Source: Lepidodermella squamata (lineage: Eukaryota; Animalia; Gastrotricha). Taken from it: DNA of 64,000 nt. The notes below the pieces were generated by a model. That model searched no databases, had not been told where the DNA came from, and saw only the letters and a list, made by a program, of their open reading frames with translations. Within the stretch, counting starts at the first letter, position 1; every line of letters begins with the position of its first letter. Positions 28,501 to 41,292 of the stretch are shown here, piece after piece. Position numbers and translations under genes: made by a program. The stretch lies in assembly GCA_047495785.1 (NCBI GenBank), contig JBLDXI010000048.1:372001-436000 (forward strand). The letters are read 5' to 3'.

Positions 28501-31500
28501 TAGTTGTCAAGATGGCGGTCGACGCCGTCGAACTGCCAAAACATTCAAGTCATAATAACGCACTAGGTAAGATATAATGAAGGTTTCTCTTGATACATTT
28601 AGCATTAGCATACGAGGTGAACAATGAAAATGTCCGTAAACACAGCTTAGCAAAAAGATCTTCAATCCAGCCTAAAGTCAAAGTGTTGTTCAGTAGTCCC
28701 AGCTCTACGGCGTCTTCGTGGCTAGCCTGGCGATAGCGCGATATTATGTGGTATGCGCCGGGGCAGCAGCCGTGAAGGCTACTCCGGCTAAAAACTTTCA
28801 GCTTCTCGGCGTTCGAGGTAACATTTCAGGAGTTCGAAGGCGCTATAAAATCGATGCGAAAAAACTCTGAAAATGAATCCGCGGGTAATATAGATCAGAG
28901 TTGTCCACGGGCCGGGCCGGGTTTGGGCGGGTACGGGTTTGGTTTCCAAAACCCGTCCTCGAGGATTTCTTTACTATTGTTTTCGGTAAGTTTGACAGTT
29001 GGATTTCAAGTTATTCCCATAGCAACATTTTGGTCTTTTATCTTCAATTGCCAATTGCCAGTAAAAATTAAGTCTCTTTGAGAAGTTTTTGAGAAACGAG
29101 AAGGAAGAAGGAATAAGAATTTCGTGGGGTTTATCTTTTATACGGGCCGGGCAGGGCCGGGCTGGGTTTCGAGATATTCACTGGCGGGTCGGGCCTCGAT
29201 TTTTCGACCCGTGGACAACTCGGATATAGATAGTAGATAGATGCCAATCGGCATACCAGTAAACAATTAAGTATCGTCTCGTGTCCATGTAGAGCGCGCA
29301 TCTAGATACCAATGATGATGATGAAAATAATAATACCAAATCGATCCAACAAGTTCAAACCAGAACTGAAATGGAATGGTGAACGGTGGTGAAATGGAAC
29401 CACCTGTAGACGTTGAGGGTGCATGTTGAAGTGATTTAGCGTGTTGTTGCATGCTGCGAGTGGACGTTCGGATGCCCGAATCAAAACAAGATATTCAAAT
29501 TTTCATTCTTATTTAATTCGTTGAGTCTTCTTCTTCTTCATCATCGTTCACAGCGGCTTTGGCTTCACTGCGGCTTCGACTTCTACTTCGTAGCGGCTGT
29601 CTTCAGACGAGTGTTTTCCGCCGGGGTGTTTAGCCTCCAGCCGCCATGTCGATCACCGTTGAGTTCAGTACAGCCGCGTTAGTAACCGCCGAAATGTTGA
29701 AGCGATTCAGCAGTGGCTCGGCCGATTCATTCATCTCGGCGTAACGGGCTGCGACCGCTGCAGCCGCCAGATCGGCGACGGCTTTAGCGCCCGCCCACAC
29801 ACCTTCGGTTTGCCAGATGAACGATGAACCCACCACAAGTTACGAAAGAGAACAAGAGGGAAGCGTAGACAATTTAAAGCCAAAGCATCAATAGCGGGCT
29901 TTATAGCTTTATAGTAGATGGATAAGCGGTTGAATGACTTTAAAAATTGCCAGATATCGCACGTATAATTAAGTTGATGGTCAAATTCTAAAATGGAATG
30001 GTGAAAGTATGCAGTTATCACAGCGTAAAAATGGAAGATTTGATGCGCTTTGCTGAGTTTTTTTATCAAGCTGGAAATTGTGATAGTTCAGCCCTGATAG
30101 TCTAGCTTTAGAATTCAACTGCACCAAAAAGTATAGTTGAATTGCGATAGAATGAATGCATAAGTAACGCATGTTAGCGATTTTACAAGGTGTCGCAAGC
30201 AAATATTTTCATTGAAACTGATGGACAAAGATGAAAAAGCGTTGCATTCTTACCCTGAAACCACCTGTAGCCGGTAGATCATGACGTTGATGGTGCACGC
30301 TGCGATGTTCGGATGCCTGAAGTAAAACAGAAAAAAACAAGTAAATCACGCCGCATCTTTTTTAATCTCATGCTCGTCAGCCCTACTCGGCGCATTCATT
30401 TCGGCGTTGTTTTTGGTGCAGTTTTCGCCCGCGTGTTGGCGGCTCGGGGATTGGGGGAAACTTGTTTTGTTCGCCGCCCCTCGCACCACCGCCCCTCGAA
30501 AATGTAAGGCCAGAGAGCATAAAATTAGCGGTTGTCTATTGTTTTGTCACGAAAATTTCAAAAAATATTAATTTCGACTTAGAGAAAAATATTCGATTTT
30601 GCTTAATTTTTATATAAACATTTTTTAATTAAAGTTTAATGCTTTTTTCGATTTTCAGGTTAAAGAAAAACTGACGCTGCGAAATGCGAACGTTCGCCTG
30701 GTCGATCTCGCCGACTGTGCCGAGTACGCGAATGCGTTTCAAATCGAAAACTACTCGATATCCGAATCGTCGTCCGGCTCATCCGCCTCGCCAACCGCAA
30801 TGACAGACTCAACGTCAGACACGATATCGCTCGCCTCATCCGTATCCTCTTCATCAACTATGAACTCGCTGCTGTCAGTCGGCCATTCAAAGGGCTCGTT
30901 TATCCTGCTAACTTCGTCTCAACACGAAAAACAACAATGGCTATACAATTTGCTGTGGCTGTTATCGAAACCTTCGATCGACCGAGTTTTAGACACAATT
31001 TTGAACGAACCGCTGAATTTACAGCTCATCCCGAGCAGCTACAAATTTTCCGAGCCTGACAGCCGGGAAAATATTATTTTCGACGAAATTTCACCGGAAA
31101 ATGGCGCGGTTTCAGTGTCATTCAACGGCCCGCCGGTCATTAAAGGCGCGACGCTGATAAAACTCATCGAACGGCTGACTTATCACGATTATTCTGATAC
31201 GAAATTTATGAAAGCGTTCGCGACGACGTACCGCTCGTTTTGTAAACCGCGTGATTTACTCCGGTTGCTCATCGACCGGTTCAACGTGCCGGAATTTGTC
31301 AATTCCAGCGAGCAGGAGTCGGTGTCGCAGGGCTTTTTCGAGTCGGACGATGAGCGGCGGCAGATAGCCGAGATTCGCAAATTTCGCAAGGAATACGTCA
31401 AACCAGTGCAATTCAGGTAAGAAGGGGTTCATTTACGTGAGAATTGATTCAAATGACAGATTTGAATGATCTTTAAGATTGAAAAATTTAGAGAAATATT

Positions 31501-34500
31501 TTAGCCTTCAGCAAATTATTCCTTACCCGGCATTGTCTGAACTCCTATTATTTAGATTATTTGCAAGCCACTAGAGCTATTACAAGTGAGGAACGCACAC
31601 ATTGACAGCATAATAAAATTAGTTGAATTAATTCAAAACAAATTGCGGAAAGCTTTGCGTTTTTGCGCCTCGGCGAACTCGACGAGCTGCTTCTGCAGCA
31701 TCCGAGTTGATTTCGAAGTTTGACGATCCTGAAACCTGCAATACAGGCCCGGCCTTTCAGCTCGACTTGGGAGTGATGGGCGGCCTGGGCCACTCAGCGA
31801 AACGATGATGACGATGGTGGAATGAATGCAGGGGCCTTGCTGGGCCTTGCTGGGCGGGTTCGCAGTCTTCTTCTCATCGCTTTCGGACACAGCCTTATGG
31901 CTCTCGGACCAATTCCGGAGTTGGAGCGAGTTCATAGAACCGTCAAGCCGCACATTTGAACCGAATTCCTTCATTCATTCATCAATATGATAAAGGAGAG
32001 ATATAAGAGGCAGAGATTTACATACACGCATATGAAATATTGCATATTTTTTACACTTTGCGTGAGGCTCTAAAGCACGGAAATTCGCGATTCGCTAGTT
32101 AGCAGTAACAGCATATTGGCGAAGCATAGTACATTGTTACCGTGGTAGTAATATTCACCAAGGCGTAGAGCGACGTATCTTCACTCGATTTTCGTTTTCG
32201 TGAGGCATTGGCCGCTAATGCTGCTGCCTGCCGAGCTGCAAACTGGTGTTGTTGATATGCCCGAGCAGCAGGCTCTAGCTGGAAAATCATATCATTCAAG
32301 AGCTACTTGAGTCCGCGGCACCTTTGGTTGATCTCCGATAGTATGGTCAGCTGGCCGACCAGTATATCTATTGCTGGCTTCGTTTGTTACATTAATCTAC
32401 AGAAAACAAGGTGAACAAGTGAAATGTTTGTAAACTCGGCCCGATAACATTTCCTGCCAATTTATAACCGCCGCCATATTCTTGATGTTTATAGGCCGAG
32501 TCGGCTTGTAGCGAAATTCGGTATTTTCCCATCTCGCACCGATGTACGCGGTCGATGGGACGGTGGCCATGGAAATCGACGTGATCGACGTTATAGAGAT
32601 GACAAGCCTCTTCGAATAATGGGCTTGGACCAGCCCTTCACGACATATATTTGGTTGAAGAGGTCATATCTTCGGCGCTTAGATTTCAGCTTTGATACTG
32701 ATAGCGGGCTGTTCAACGAGTTTGGTAGTAATGAGAAAGAAGGGATTCATAAATGCCTGAAATCATTCTTGTCAAATCCTCAACCTTTTGGGACTAGGAC
32801 GGTTTTAATGCCATCAGATCCTCGAGATATTTCCCAACGTGCAAATGCCTCGCGTTCAATCGAAATGCAAGCAGGAGGTCATCGTCATCACCAATTATGA
32901 CAAAATGATCCCCGTCGTGCCAAAACAGGCCGTGGTCATCGGCCTTGAAAATGTTTCGAAAAACTATAGATTTTCGCTTTTAAAAGAGCTGAAGGACTCT
33001 CTACAGAACTATTCATTTTAATACAGCGTCCCTAATTTGACTCGCCTTAGGTAACTTTCACGGCTGAGGAAAAGCCATTACAGGAGATCACCTAAAATTC
33101 CGAAAACAATCGAAAAATGTGCATAATGGTTTGCAATGGCTTGAAATTACTCCAATTTATAATAGAATATTTTGATATTTCAAAAATGGTTAAATATTAA
33201 TTGAAAAATTATCTTTTTAGAGTGCTCAATTTCATCCGCCACTGGATTTTGAATCACTCCTATGATTTTTCGGACGACCCGCAACTGCGCCAAGACCTCG
33301 TCGACTTCATCAAAGCCATCCGAGCGCCTCACCTGCGCCGATGGGTCTCACGCCTGTTGTCGCACATCGAGAAAATCGGCGAAGAAGCGACGACCCGGCT
33401 CGTTGTTTTCGACGAAGATCCGCCGGCGATTTTGTACCATTTGAAAGACCGCCCCCTCGGCCTCATGACCATGCACCCTGCGGAACTGGCCCGGCAAGTC
33501 ACTTTGCTAGAATTCGCGGCCTACTCGAAAATTCGCCCATGCGAGCTCATCGCAACCGCCTGGACAAAAGCGGCGAAATACGAAAATTCGCCCAACGTCA
33601 TGAAGGCGATTGAATTTCACAATGAACTGACGTTTTGGCTCGAGCGGAATATAGTCGAGACGAAAAATTTAGAGGAGCGGGTTGCGGTGTGCGAGCGGAT
33701 CGCGGATATTCTAGCCGAATTTCGCCGGCTGAACAATTTCAGCGGGCAATTCTGCGTTGCCTCGACGTTTTCGTCCGGCTGTGTCGGCCGGCTGGCGTTG
33801 ACGAAGGAGGCGATTGCGAAGGAGAAGTGGGCGCTGATCGAGGAGGCGATGGCCCTGGGCGAGAATCATAACCGCATCTATGCGCAGAAGTTGCGGATGT
33901 GCAACCCGCCGTGCGTGCCTTTTCTCGGCATGTGGCTGTCACGGCTGTTGCACGTCGACGAGGGAAATCGGGATTATCTCACTGATAAAGGTAAGCTTTT
34001 CAAATGGAGGAATAAAATAAATTAAAATAAAATTGAATTAAAAAATTTGAAATTTGAAATTTGCAAAATTAATAAAATATTCAATTATTTAAAAAAATAT
34101 TTAAAAATTAAGTTTCCTTGATTAATTGTAGTTTTTATAATATTTGATGAATTCATTTTTTTAGGTGCTGAGAAGCCGGTGATAAATTTCACGAAATGGC
34201 GGCGAACTGCTGATTTTGTGACGGAGATTCAACAGTACCAGAACACGCCGTACAACTTGGAGGTCGAGCCGGAGATTTGTGCGTTTTTCGAGCGGTTGGA
34301 CGCGCGAGGCGACCGGGAAATGTCGCGCGATGATTTCGATGAGTTGCTGTACCAATTGTCGTATGAAATTGAACCAAGGCAGAGGGGTAACCCGAGCAGT
34401 CCGCCGGTTTTCCCGCGCAAATTCGACTTTCCACTCGCTGCCCCACCGGCGATTTCAGGTATGAACTTCTATCATTAGCAAATGGCAAGAATTAAACAAA

Positions 34501-35375
34501 TTCCTTCAAACTCGAATTCCAAACTTGTTTGGCAAATTCTCAAAATTATTTTTTATAATATTTGCTGAAATTATCAGATTTGAATTTTTAAAATTTTTAT
34601 ACACAACAATTTTATATTCACATTTTCGACTTTTTGGTTGGCTGTAAAAAAACTAGAAAAAATAATTTCTCGCTTTGATTTTTTAGCCGTTCAAGCCGCA
34701 GCCGCGACAAACGGCCGCCGGGCGAGTCGAGACACGCTGGCGAGTAACAGCTCGAACACGAGCAGCAACTCGAACCTGGCGAACCCAGTGAAAGCCCCGG
34801 GCAGTGCTACGCGCCGGGCCGCTCGAGCCGTGCCGTTAGTCCTCGCACCGGCCGCGTCTTTCAACCACCAAGACCACGACTCGTCGACCGACTCGCGCGG
34901 GCCATCGTCCGCCAGCTCGCTGCCCAGCACCCCCAGCACATTCCCGACTCCGCCCTCCTCGGCCTCCATCGGCCATTTGCAACACTTTTTCGCGCAACTG
35001 CCGCCGTCAAATCCGTCGGGGCAAATCCCGCCGCCGTTACCGCCGAGACCGGCCGACCACGCCGGGGCGAGTTCTCTGCTACCACCACCGCCGCCGGGTC
35101 TACCTTCAAGGCCACTACCCTCGCCCTCGTTTTCGACAAATTCGGGCTCCAGCGGTTATTCAAGCTCGAGCGCTAGTTCGAATGCCCCGCCGGCCTTACC
35201 CCCGCGATCTCTACCGCCGCTCCCACCGTATTCTGCCTCCACTAGCGGCCCGACTTCAGCGGGTCCCAGCACCGGGCCCGGGGTGGGCGTCACCCGGTTC
35301 GAGTACCCGACACCGCCCCAGGCTTCGTCGCACCGCCGCCGCCGCCATCTCGTGAGGGCTCGCAGTGATGACTAA
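22538..35375 (+). CDS. SOS: Son of sevenless Ras GEF (histone fold, DH, PH, REM, CDC25, proline-rich tail)
   Basis: Exons 22538-23035, 25595-25895, 26980-27947, 30659-31416, 33221-33990, 34165-34458, 34687-35375; all phases are consistent. Motifs IKGATLIKLIERLTYH, TTYRSFCKP, PVQFRVLN, HPAELARQVTLLEF, NPPCVPFLG, INFTKWRR..EIQQYQNTPY and PxxPPR. Confidence 0.95.
23314..23345 (-). ncRNA. Minimal type I hammerhead ribozyme-like motif of the Penelope-element kind
   Basis: Minus strand UUAGC-CUGAAGA-UGGGCUC-GAAA-C-GUC-GCUAA: both core boxes, a GUC cleavage triplet, a 5-bp stem I and palindromic ACGU in place of stem III. Confidence 0.6.
23500..24609 (-). pseudogene. Degenerate antisense coding fragments of unknown family inside SOS intron 1
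   Basis: Acceptor-led 123-aa ORF at 24607-24236, and a second acceptor near 23819 followed by a Cys-rich then AVELGQLLN..SSTASTAI reading. A related segment lies at about 28500-28790. Confidence 0.4.
24955..24985 (+). ncRNA. Degenerate hammerhead-like motif
   Basis: CUGAUGA-AACUCAGU-GAAA-U-GUU with an imperfect stem I (AAUC/GAAU), followed by AATAAA. Confidence 0.3.
28896..29223. mobile_element. hAT-type MITE
   Basis: TIRs CAGAGTTGTCCACGGG and CCCGTGGACAACTCGG, 8-bp TSD ATATAGAT (28888-28895, 29224-29231) and subterminal CGGGC repeats. Confidence 0.88.
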
Positions 35376-36684
35376 CAAATAAAAACTAAACAATCTCGAT
35401 TTTATATATTTCACGTTTTCGCTGAAAATTCATGCTCATGTAAAAACTCGGTTTTAACAACCCTTGAAATGCCCCACAAAAATTGAGTTGAAATTGTTGA
35501 AACTTTGGAAATTCAATAATGAAAAGGTTGAAATTTCCTCAGTATTTGTGAGGCATTTTCGTGTTTTAAAGATTGTATTCGGCCAAAGCGTTTTATGGGT
35601 CAATTTTCCCGATTTTTCTCGATTAATTTATCGTGAATTTTGCAATGTTGCGATGATTTTTTCCCGATTATCATATATTATGGATACTACTACTGCTTCC
35701 GTTGAACTGTGCGGTATTTTCGTCTTCCCGGATCGGGATTTTTCCCATTTTTGAATGTGAAAAATTGACGTGTGATTTTTCTCGCGGTTGTTGATTACGT
35801 GTGGCTTATTCCTGGTTCATTTGCTGGTATAATATTTGATGTTCGGGTGCGTTTATTATGGGTCGATGAACTGAAAAAACTCGGATGATTTTACTAATAT
35901 TGACTAAATTATGATAAAGCTATAAAACTAAATGGTGACTGCTGTTACATATTATATTGATGCATGTGTTTTTTGCGTATTTTTTCTGCTCGCTGTGCTG
36001 AAATCGCGTAATTCTCTGCTGATTTGAAACAATAAAAATGAGCTTCCTATCGTTGCTGAAATCTATAAACAGTTATACAAGATGAAACGTGTTTCGTGTT
36101 ATTTGAGAATAAATTCGAAGAAACTTTGGTTTTAACTGCTTGTATTATTCAACTTTGTGTTCTCTAGGCCTTTTGTTGTTTGATTCAAATGATAGCGATG
36201 TACCAGCTCGGGCTTAACAGTTGAAATGGGATAACTCCTGTGGCGTTCTCAAGCTGTATCTGATCGATAAAAACGAGGTATTGCTATAATTTTAATTATT
36301 GAAGCAAAATGAGTACAACTAAATTCTTCAGAGGCCAAGACGCAAATAATTCACTCAATCCTTTAATTCACGAAGTATATTCAGGAAAAATGATGAATGG
36401 AGAAGGTAGTTTTGCGACGACGAGGCATTTTATTCGGCCAATCACAGCAAGAAAGGAAAATTGTTTGCAACAAGGACGTATAGAACCTCTTATACTCAGT
36501 ACTTGCCATCTCAATTTTGTTTGGTTCCGAGTTTACATGAGAAACCTCTGCTCAGCGATTTTATCGTTAACTGTGAATGTCATGAAACGGGCAATTAATT
36601 ACGCAGTGGTCCGACTTGAACTGAGCGGTAGGGGGCGAGAAAACATCTGGTTAAAAAATTACAAGTTTTTTTCAACTGGCATCT

Positions 36685-37470
36685 TCAACAAAATGTGTCA
36701 AGGCAGTGAAACACGATGAGCCTGCGAAACTTTCGCCTCAGAATCGCTCGCCCCTGACGTGCAAGAAACACGTAGCAATTAAATTTCATTCCGTAAAATT
36801 GGCTCACCAACGCCGTTTTTCGCACCCATCGAAACACGCCATCCATTGCAAGAGCAACCCACTTCTGTTGTAAGCACTCGTCGGTGAAGCCCGCTGTGTG
36901 AATAACCTCCAACAAGAGGAAGAAAGGGCGTGTAAATCAGATCCACGTCACATCCATGAAAAACTTGGAACCAATCAAATGACTTGATATACTAGTTATT
37001 GAACGAATCATAGTCTACTGCTGATAAATTGAAGACAGCATTCAGAGTGTCTACCGAATTATGTATAATTCTGACAAAGGTCGTTGTGGCCAGCCAGGCA
37101 GGACCGTAAACTCATTTCGGAAATCCGAGGCAGCGATAAGCCATGCAGCGACTGGGCGAAAACAGAATCGTGTTCGTACTCGTTAAGTTTGATAGACGCC
37201 GCAATAGCAAGCGGCACCAGATTTTCCATGATTTTTTCAGTGAATGAATCATCAAAACGTACAGAAATTCACAGCCGTTATAGAGCTAATGTCACCGACT
37301 TGAAACGAAGGTTCAGAAACGAAGCCGCAAGATCGTTAAATATGACTACATGATCTCTGTCATCGTTGAAGTCTACAATCACAGATTCGGCAATCGGTAG
37401 ATACGTAGGTAGCGAAAACACATCGGACCAACTCGAAAGAGGGTTTCGTCCATCGCCATAATTGTTATAT
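36685..37470 (-). pseudogene. Decayed coding sequence of unknown family between SOS and ACTR10
   Basis: About 135 protein-like codons (YNNYGDGRNPLSSWSDVFSLP..RFKSVTLAL*RL*ISVRF..LSLPRISEMSLRSC) with two in-frame stops, plus the ORF at 36915-36685. Confidence 0.35.
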
Positions 37471-37704
37471 CAAGACTAATTGCGAAGTTATTGTTTTTAG
37501 GTCACTGTAAATGTGGACGATTTCTGGCTGTGCGCAATGAACTGTGCGTTTGTCGAGCTGCTTTCTCAACCTATGACTATTGTTCAGTGACTCCCATTTT
37601 TTGTGATTTTTCAATTATTTTGGTGTCAAATAAAATGCTATGCAATAATTCTACCTGATGAGCTATTCTGTTTTCCATTTTAGACTTTGTTTTGCGATCA
37701 AGTT

Positions 37705-40700
37705 ATGTCAGTTATCACTTCGTCGACCGGTTCCAGTTCCGGTTCGGTGATTGGCGGTACGACGTTCGGCTCATCTTCATTGACTTCAGACCTGAGCTCG
37801 CGCCTGAGAACATTCAGTTTCTCCGAGAAAACTACCGTTGTCATCGAGCTCGGTTATCGATTTACCAAGTTTGCTTTCCAATTGTCAAGCGAAGGCTTAA
37901 ATAACGTTTGTTATTTTTATTTCCAGGGTCGGATTTGCAGGTGAAGCGAAGCCTCGAAGCGTGTTTCCGACTAAAGTTGTCTCCCCAACCGGCGGTCAGA
38001 TTGAAAATGCCAAAAATGTGAGCAATTTCATTTTCCTGCTCATTATTAAAACAAAATAAATCTGAAAGTAGTCTATAAATGCACATACAACCGAACTAAC
38101 GCTGAAGAACTGTCATTTTCTCAATTTTGATTAATGCAAAGTCTGGTGTTTAAATGCATATAAACCCCTTGAACCCCTTAAAAGCACACTGGTTTAGCGC
38201 GGGGTTCCTGCTCTCTGTCGAAGTTGTAGGTTTTGCCAACCTCAAAGTGTTGTGTTTGCTAGCAGCTGCCTTAGAATAGTTGGAGCTGAAGGTAAATTCT
38301 CCAACGAGAGAGCAGCTTTCGTACCGGTGAGCGACGTGAGATAACTAATCGGATGAGCGAATGGGCGCGATGTCAGCTTTGTCCATGACCTGGTGAGCTT
38401 GCATCAGCGAATTCGCGAGAGCAGGCAGATTATGTTCCAGTAGAGCGTATAGCGTAGCGGCTAAATTTGCTTTAAGTTTGATTCGAGACCATTGCTTGCT
38501 GACGGGTAGAGTGCCGCGGTTAAAACTTTAGTGCCGGCCCGAACCCGGTCCATCAGAGGACATGATCCGGAACTAACCGCTCTGAAAACGAAACGAAAAT
38601 AGCCGCATTTATTTCACTTTTTATTGGGCCTCTCAACTCTCAATAATTCATCTCATAGCTCATAGCTAAAACGTTGATCATTCCCGCAAGAAAACGAAGC
38701 TTGAAATGAACGATCAAATGAAAGATCAAAAACTTGTTTTTTTACTAACAACCCCCGTGCGCATTCCCTTTCATTCAAGGCATGAGTTTCATTTACGTTT
38801 TCATTCATTTATTTTCGGTCAACCGCCGGGTTTGGCCACGGCGGCCCAGCCCGCCGCGGTTATAACCGGCCTGGCGATTAACTACGGGCCAACGGTTAAA
38901 TTTTGGCCCGTGGCATCTCTACTGACGGGTAGAAGGGAGAAGGCCTGATACCACCGCGTGATTCTCGTTTTTGAAGAATTCGATAAACGCAGCAGCATGC
39001 TTATTTCTCTAATGCGAAAGGTTCCCAGTAACCTTGAACTCGGAATGCGAACAAGCCAACTTGCAGCGCATTTAACCCTTAGCCGCCGGCGCAATGACGT
39101 GTTAACTCGAGCACCTTTCAGAAAATCCCAGAAAATCAAGAAGAGGCTAAAATCAAATTCTGAGTCGGCAGAAAGTCTTACATTTAGCCTTAGATTGAAA
39201 GCCGAACCTCTTTTTCAGAAGAAATTTACCTGGGTTGCCGTTGCTATGACGTGTTAACGCGTTTTCATGACGTGTTAACAAGTCATTTAAAATTTTTCTC
39301 ACAATTTTCGACCTGGTCAGAATGGCTTTGAAAATTTGGATTTTCGGGGAGTGCTTGTTTCTTGCTATTGATTTATCATAATTTATGACGCAACAATGGG
39401 TTCGATAGCCCAAATCCTCCGACCACGGTGAATTTTCTCCGGAATTAACGCGTGTACACGTCTTTGGCGGCTAAGGGTTAAGTTGGACACAATACACCTG
39501 TACAGTTTGGGCCGTCTCGCCGCGCCTGGGGAAGGGGCAATATGAAAGTGGCATATGCTTTCCCGGATATCAGCCGTCTTTGAACCCAAAATGAATAGTT
39601 TTCTAATTAGCTTTTAAAGCAACATGTAGCTAAAATGAATAATCCCAGGTTGGAGCCCGGCATCAGTATTCATCAATAAACGAAAAAGCCGAAATATATA
39701 AGAAAGAGTGGGGAAAATGAGGTGCTATAGTGCTGGAACCTTTTAAGATTTGTTTCTCCATTTAAAACTGTGCTGTTTCGCTTAGATTTTGGACATTGAC
39801 AACGAAGCACAGCTGCGGTTTGTGCTGATCGATTTCATCAACCACCTGTTCATCCGCCACATTCTGCTGACGCCTAAAGACAAAACCGTCATCATCTCAG
39901 AGCCGCTATTCCTCCCGCTATGGTTCAGAAAAATGCTACTCAGCGTCCTGTTCACCGACATCCAAGTCGCGTCAGTTTTCGTCGCACCAGGCCCGTTGTT
40001 CTCACTTTTCGGCCTCGGCTGGCGGTCAGGCCTTGTCGTAGACTGCGACGCGTTTGAAACCAGCGTAATCCCAGTCTACGAAAATGTCGCCCTGATCAAA
40101 TCAGTCGAATCAGCCGCAATCGGTTACCGCCAAATCGTCGATAACCTACGGTCAGATCTAGTCGAAAACCACAACTGGCCGCGGGCTGAACTCGACGATT
40201 CAGTCATGGATGACGTAATTTCGAAGACCCATTGCTTTATCGATAGATTCGACCGGGCGAAATTGAGGAAGGAGGGCAAAGAACCGAGCCCGAAAGCTGG
40301 GGATTCGACTTACCAATCGTCCTTTGGCGGAAGATCGGCGCCTTTGGTTGTACCCGGGTCGGTTCGGGAAAGTTTGGGCGAGGCACTTTTTGTCCCAGAT
40401 TCTGACACTGGGTCGATAACCCAACTGATTCTAAACGCCTTAGATCGGTGCCCGATTGATGCTCGGAAAATTCTAGCCGATCGCATTGTTCTAGTCGGAA
40501 GTGTTGTGGCATTGCCAGGTTTCGGTAATCGGTTATGTGCCGAACTGGAGAGTGCGGTTAAAACCGGCGAGATCAACGGGCGCCGGCTGCCGGCTAGCGT
40601 GACCAGCCTGAAGTCGTTCAAATGCGCCCTGTCGCCTGTTCCAAGTGAAAATTTAACGTGGTTTGGCGCGGCTGTGTTCGGTTTTCTCGAGATCGCGACT

Positions 40701-40877
40701 CAGCGGACCATAACTAGGGATAAGTATTTTTCGGAGATTCGCCTGCATGGCGAAGGGGCGCAGTTTTTCTGTAGTAAGGTGCTCACTGCGGATTGGCTGA
40801 CTACGCCGTCGCTGATCCCGGCGGCGCCTGGTCAAGAGAATTTGGCGCCCACTGATCCGAACATTTCGACATGCTAA
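37705..40877 (+). CDS. ACTR10: Actin-related protein 10 (dynactin Arp11)
   Basis: Exons 37705-37868, 37927-38017, 39786-40877. Motifs EKTTVVIELGYRFTKVGFAGEAKPR, FIRHILLTPKDK.VII.E, CPIDARK.LA and WFGAAVFG. Confidence 0.9.
38507..38921. mobile_element. hAT-type MITE in the ACTR10 intron
   Basis: TIRs TAGAGTGCCGCGG and CCGTGGCATCTCTA, 8-bp TSD CTGACGGG (38499-38506, 38922-38929). Confidence 0.85.
39018..39742. mobile_element. Degenerate TIR element of the same family as about 399-1395, hosting a nested MITE
   Basis: Termini AAGGTTCCCAG and CTGGAACCTT with TTAA on the right flank. The right-hand 180 bp are homologous to 1236-1395. Confidence 0.5.
39076..39477. mobile_element. piggyBac-type MITE
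   Basis: TTAA-CCCTTAGCCGCC ... GGCGGCTAAGGG-TTAA: a 12-bp perfect TIR with TTAA TSD. Confidence 0.88.
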
Positions 40878-41292
40878 TGTGCTATTACATTTATTGTGTG
40901 CTTCCAAGGTTTCTGGTCTTATATTATCATTATTGCTTTTCTCATTAAATTGTATGAACAAAATAAAATTCACATTTTACGTTCTGTTTAGCCTTTTTTG
41001 GTTTCCTTAGCTCATGAAGCTCAGAGCGCAGACAAGACTTCCGTGAATAGGGCGAAAGCTGGCTGCAGTTTGTCCCGCTATGCTCGCCAGGATAGAACTA
41101 AACCTGCCATCTAGAGCCTAGAAAAATTCGTTGATTGCCGGCTGATATTCCCGACAGCATGGTCTTTTTATTAAGTCGTCCATTGAGAAAGTCCTTTAAT
41201 TCCATCAAGGTACAAAACGATATTAAAACATGCACAGGTTTGCAGCTATTTACGATTGATTCAGGGACTGGTCACTAGTCTTTGTGGGTTCG

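Noticed and set aside
29580-29610. CTGAAGA..CGAA on the minus strand as a further hammerhead
   Set aside because: It lacks the GAAA box and stem I pairing.
31557-33021. Short ORFs in a SOS intron that might be gag-like or nested genes
   Set aside because: No recognisable motif, termini or consistent exon chain; left unannotated.
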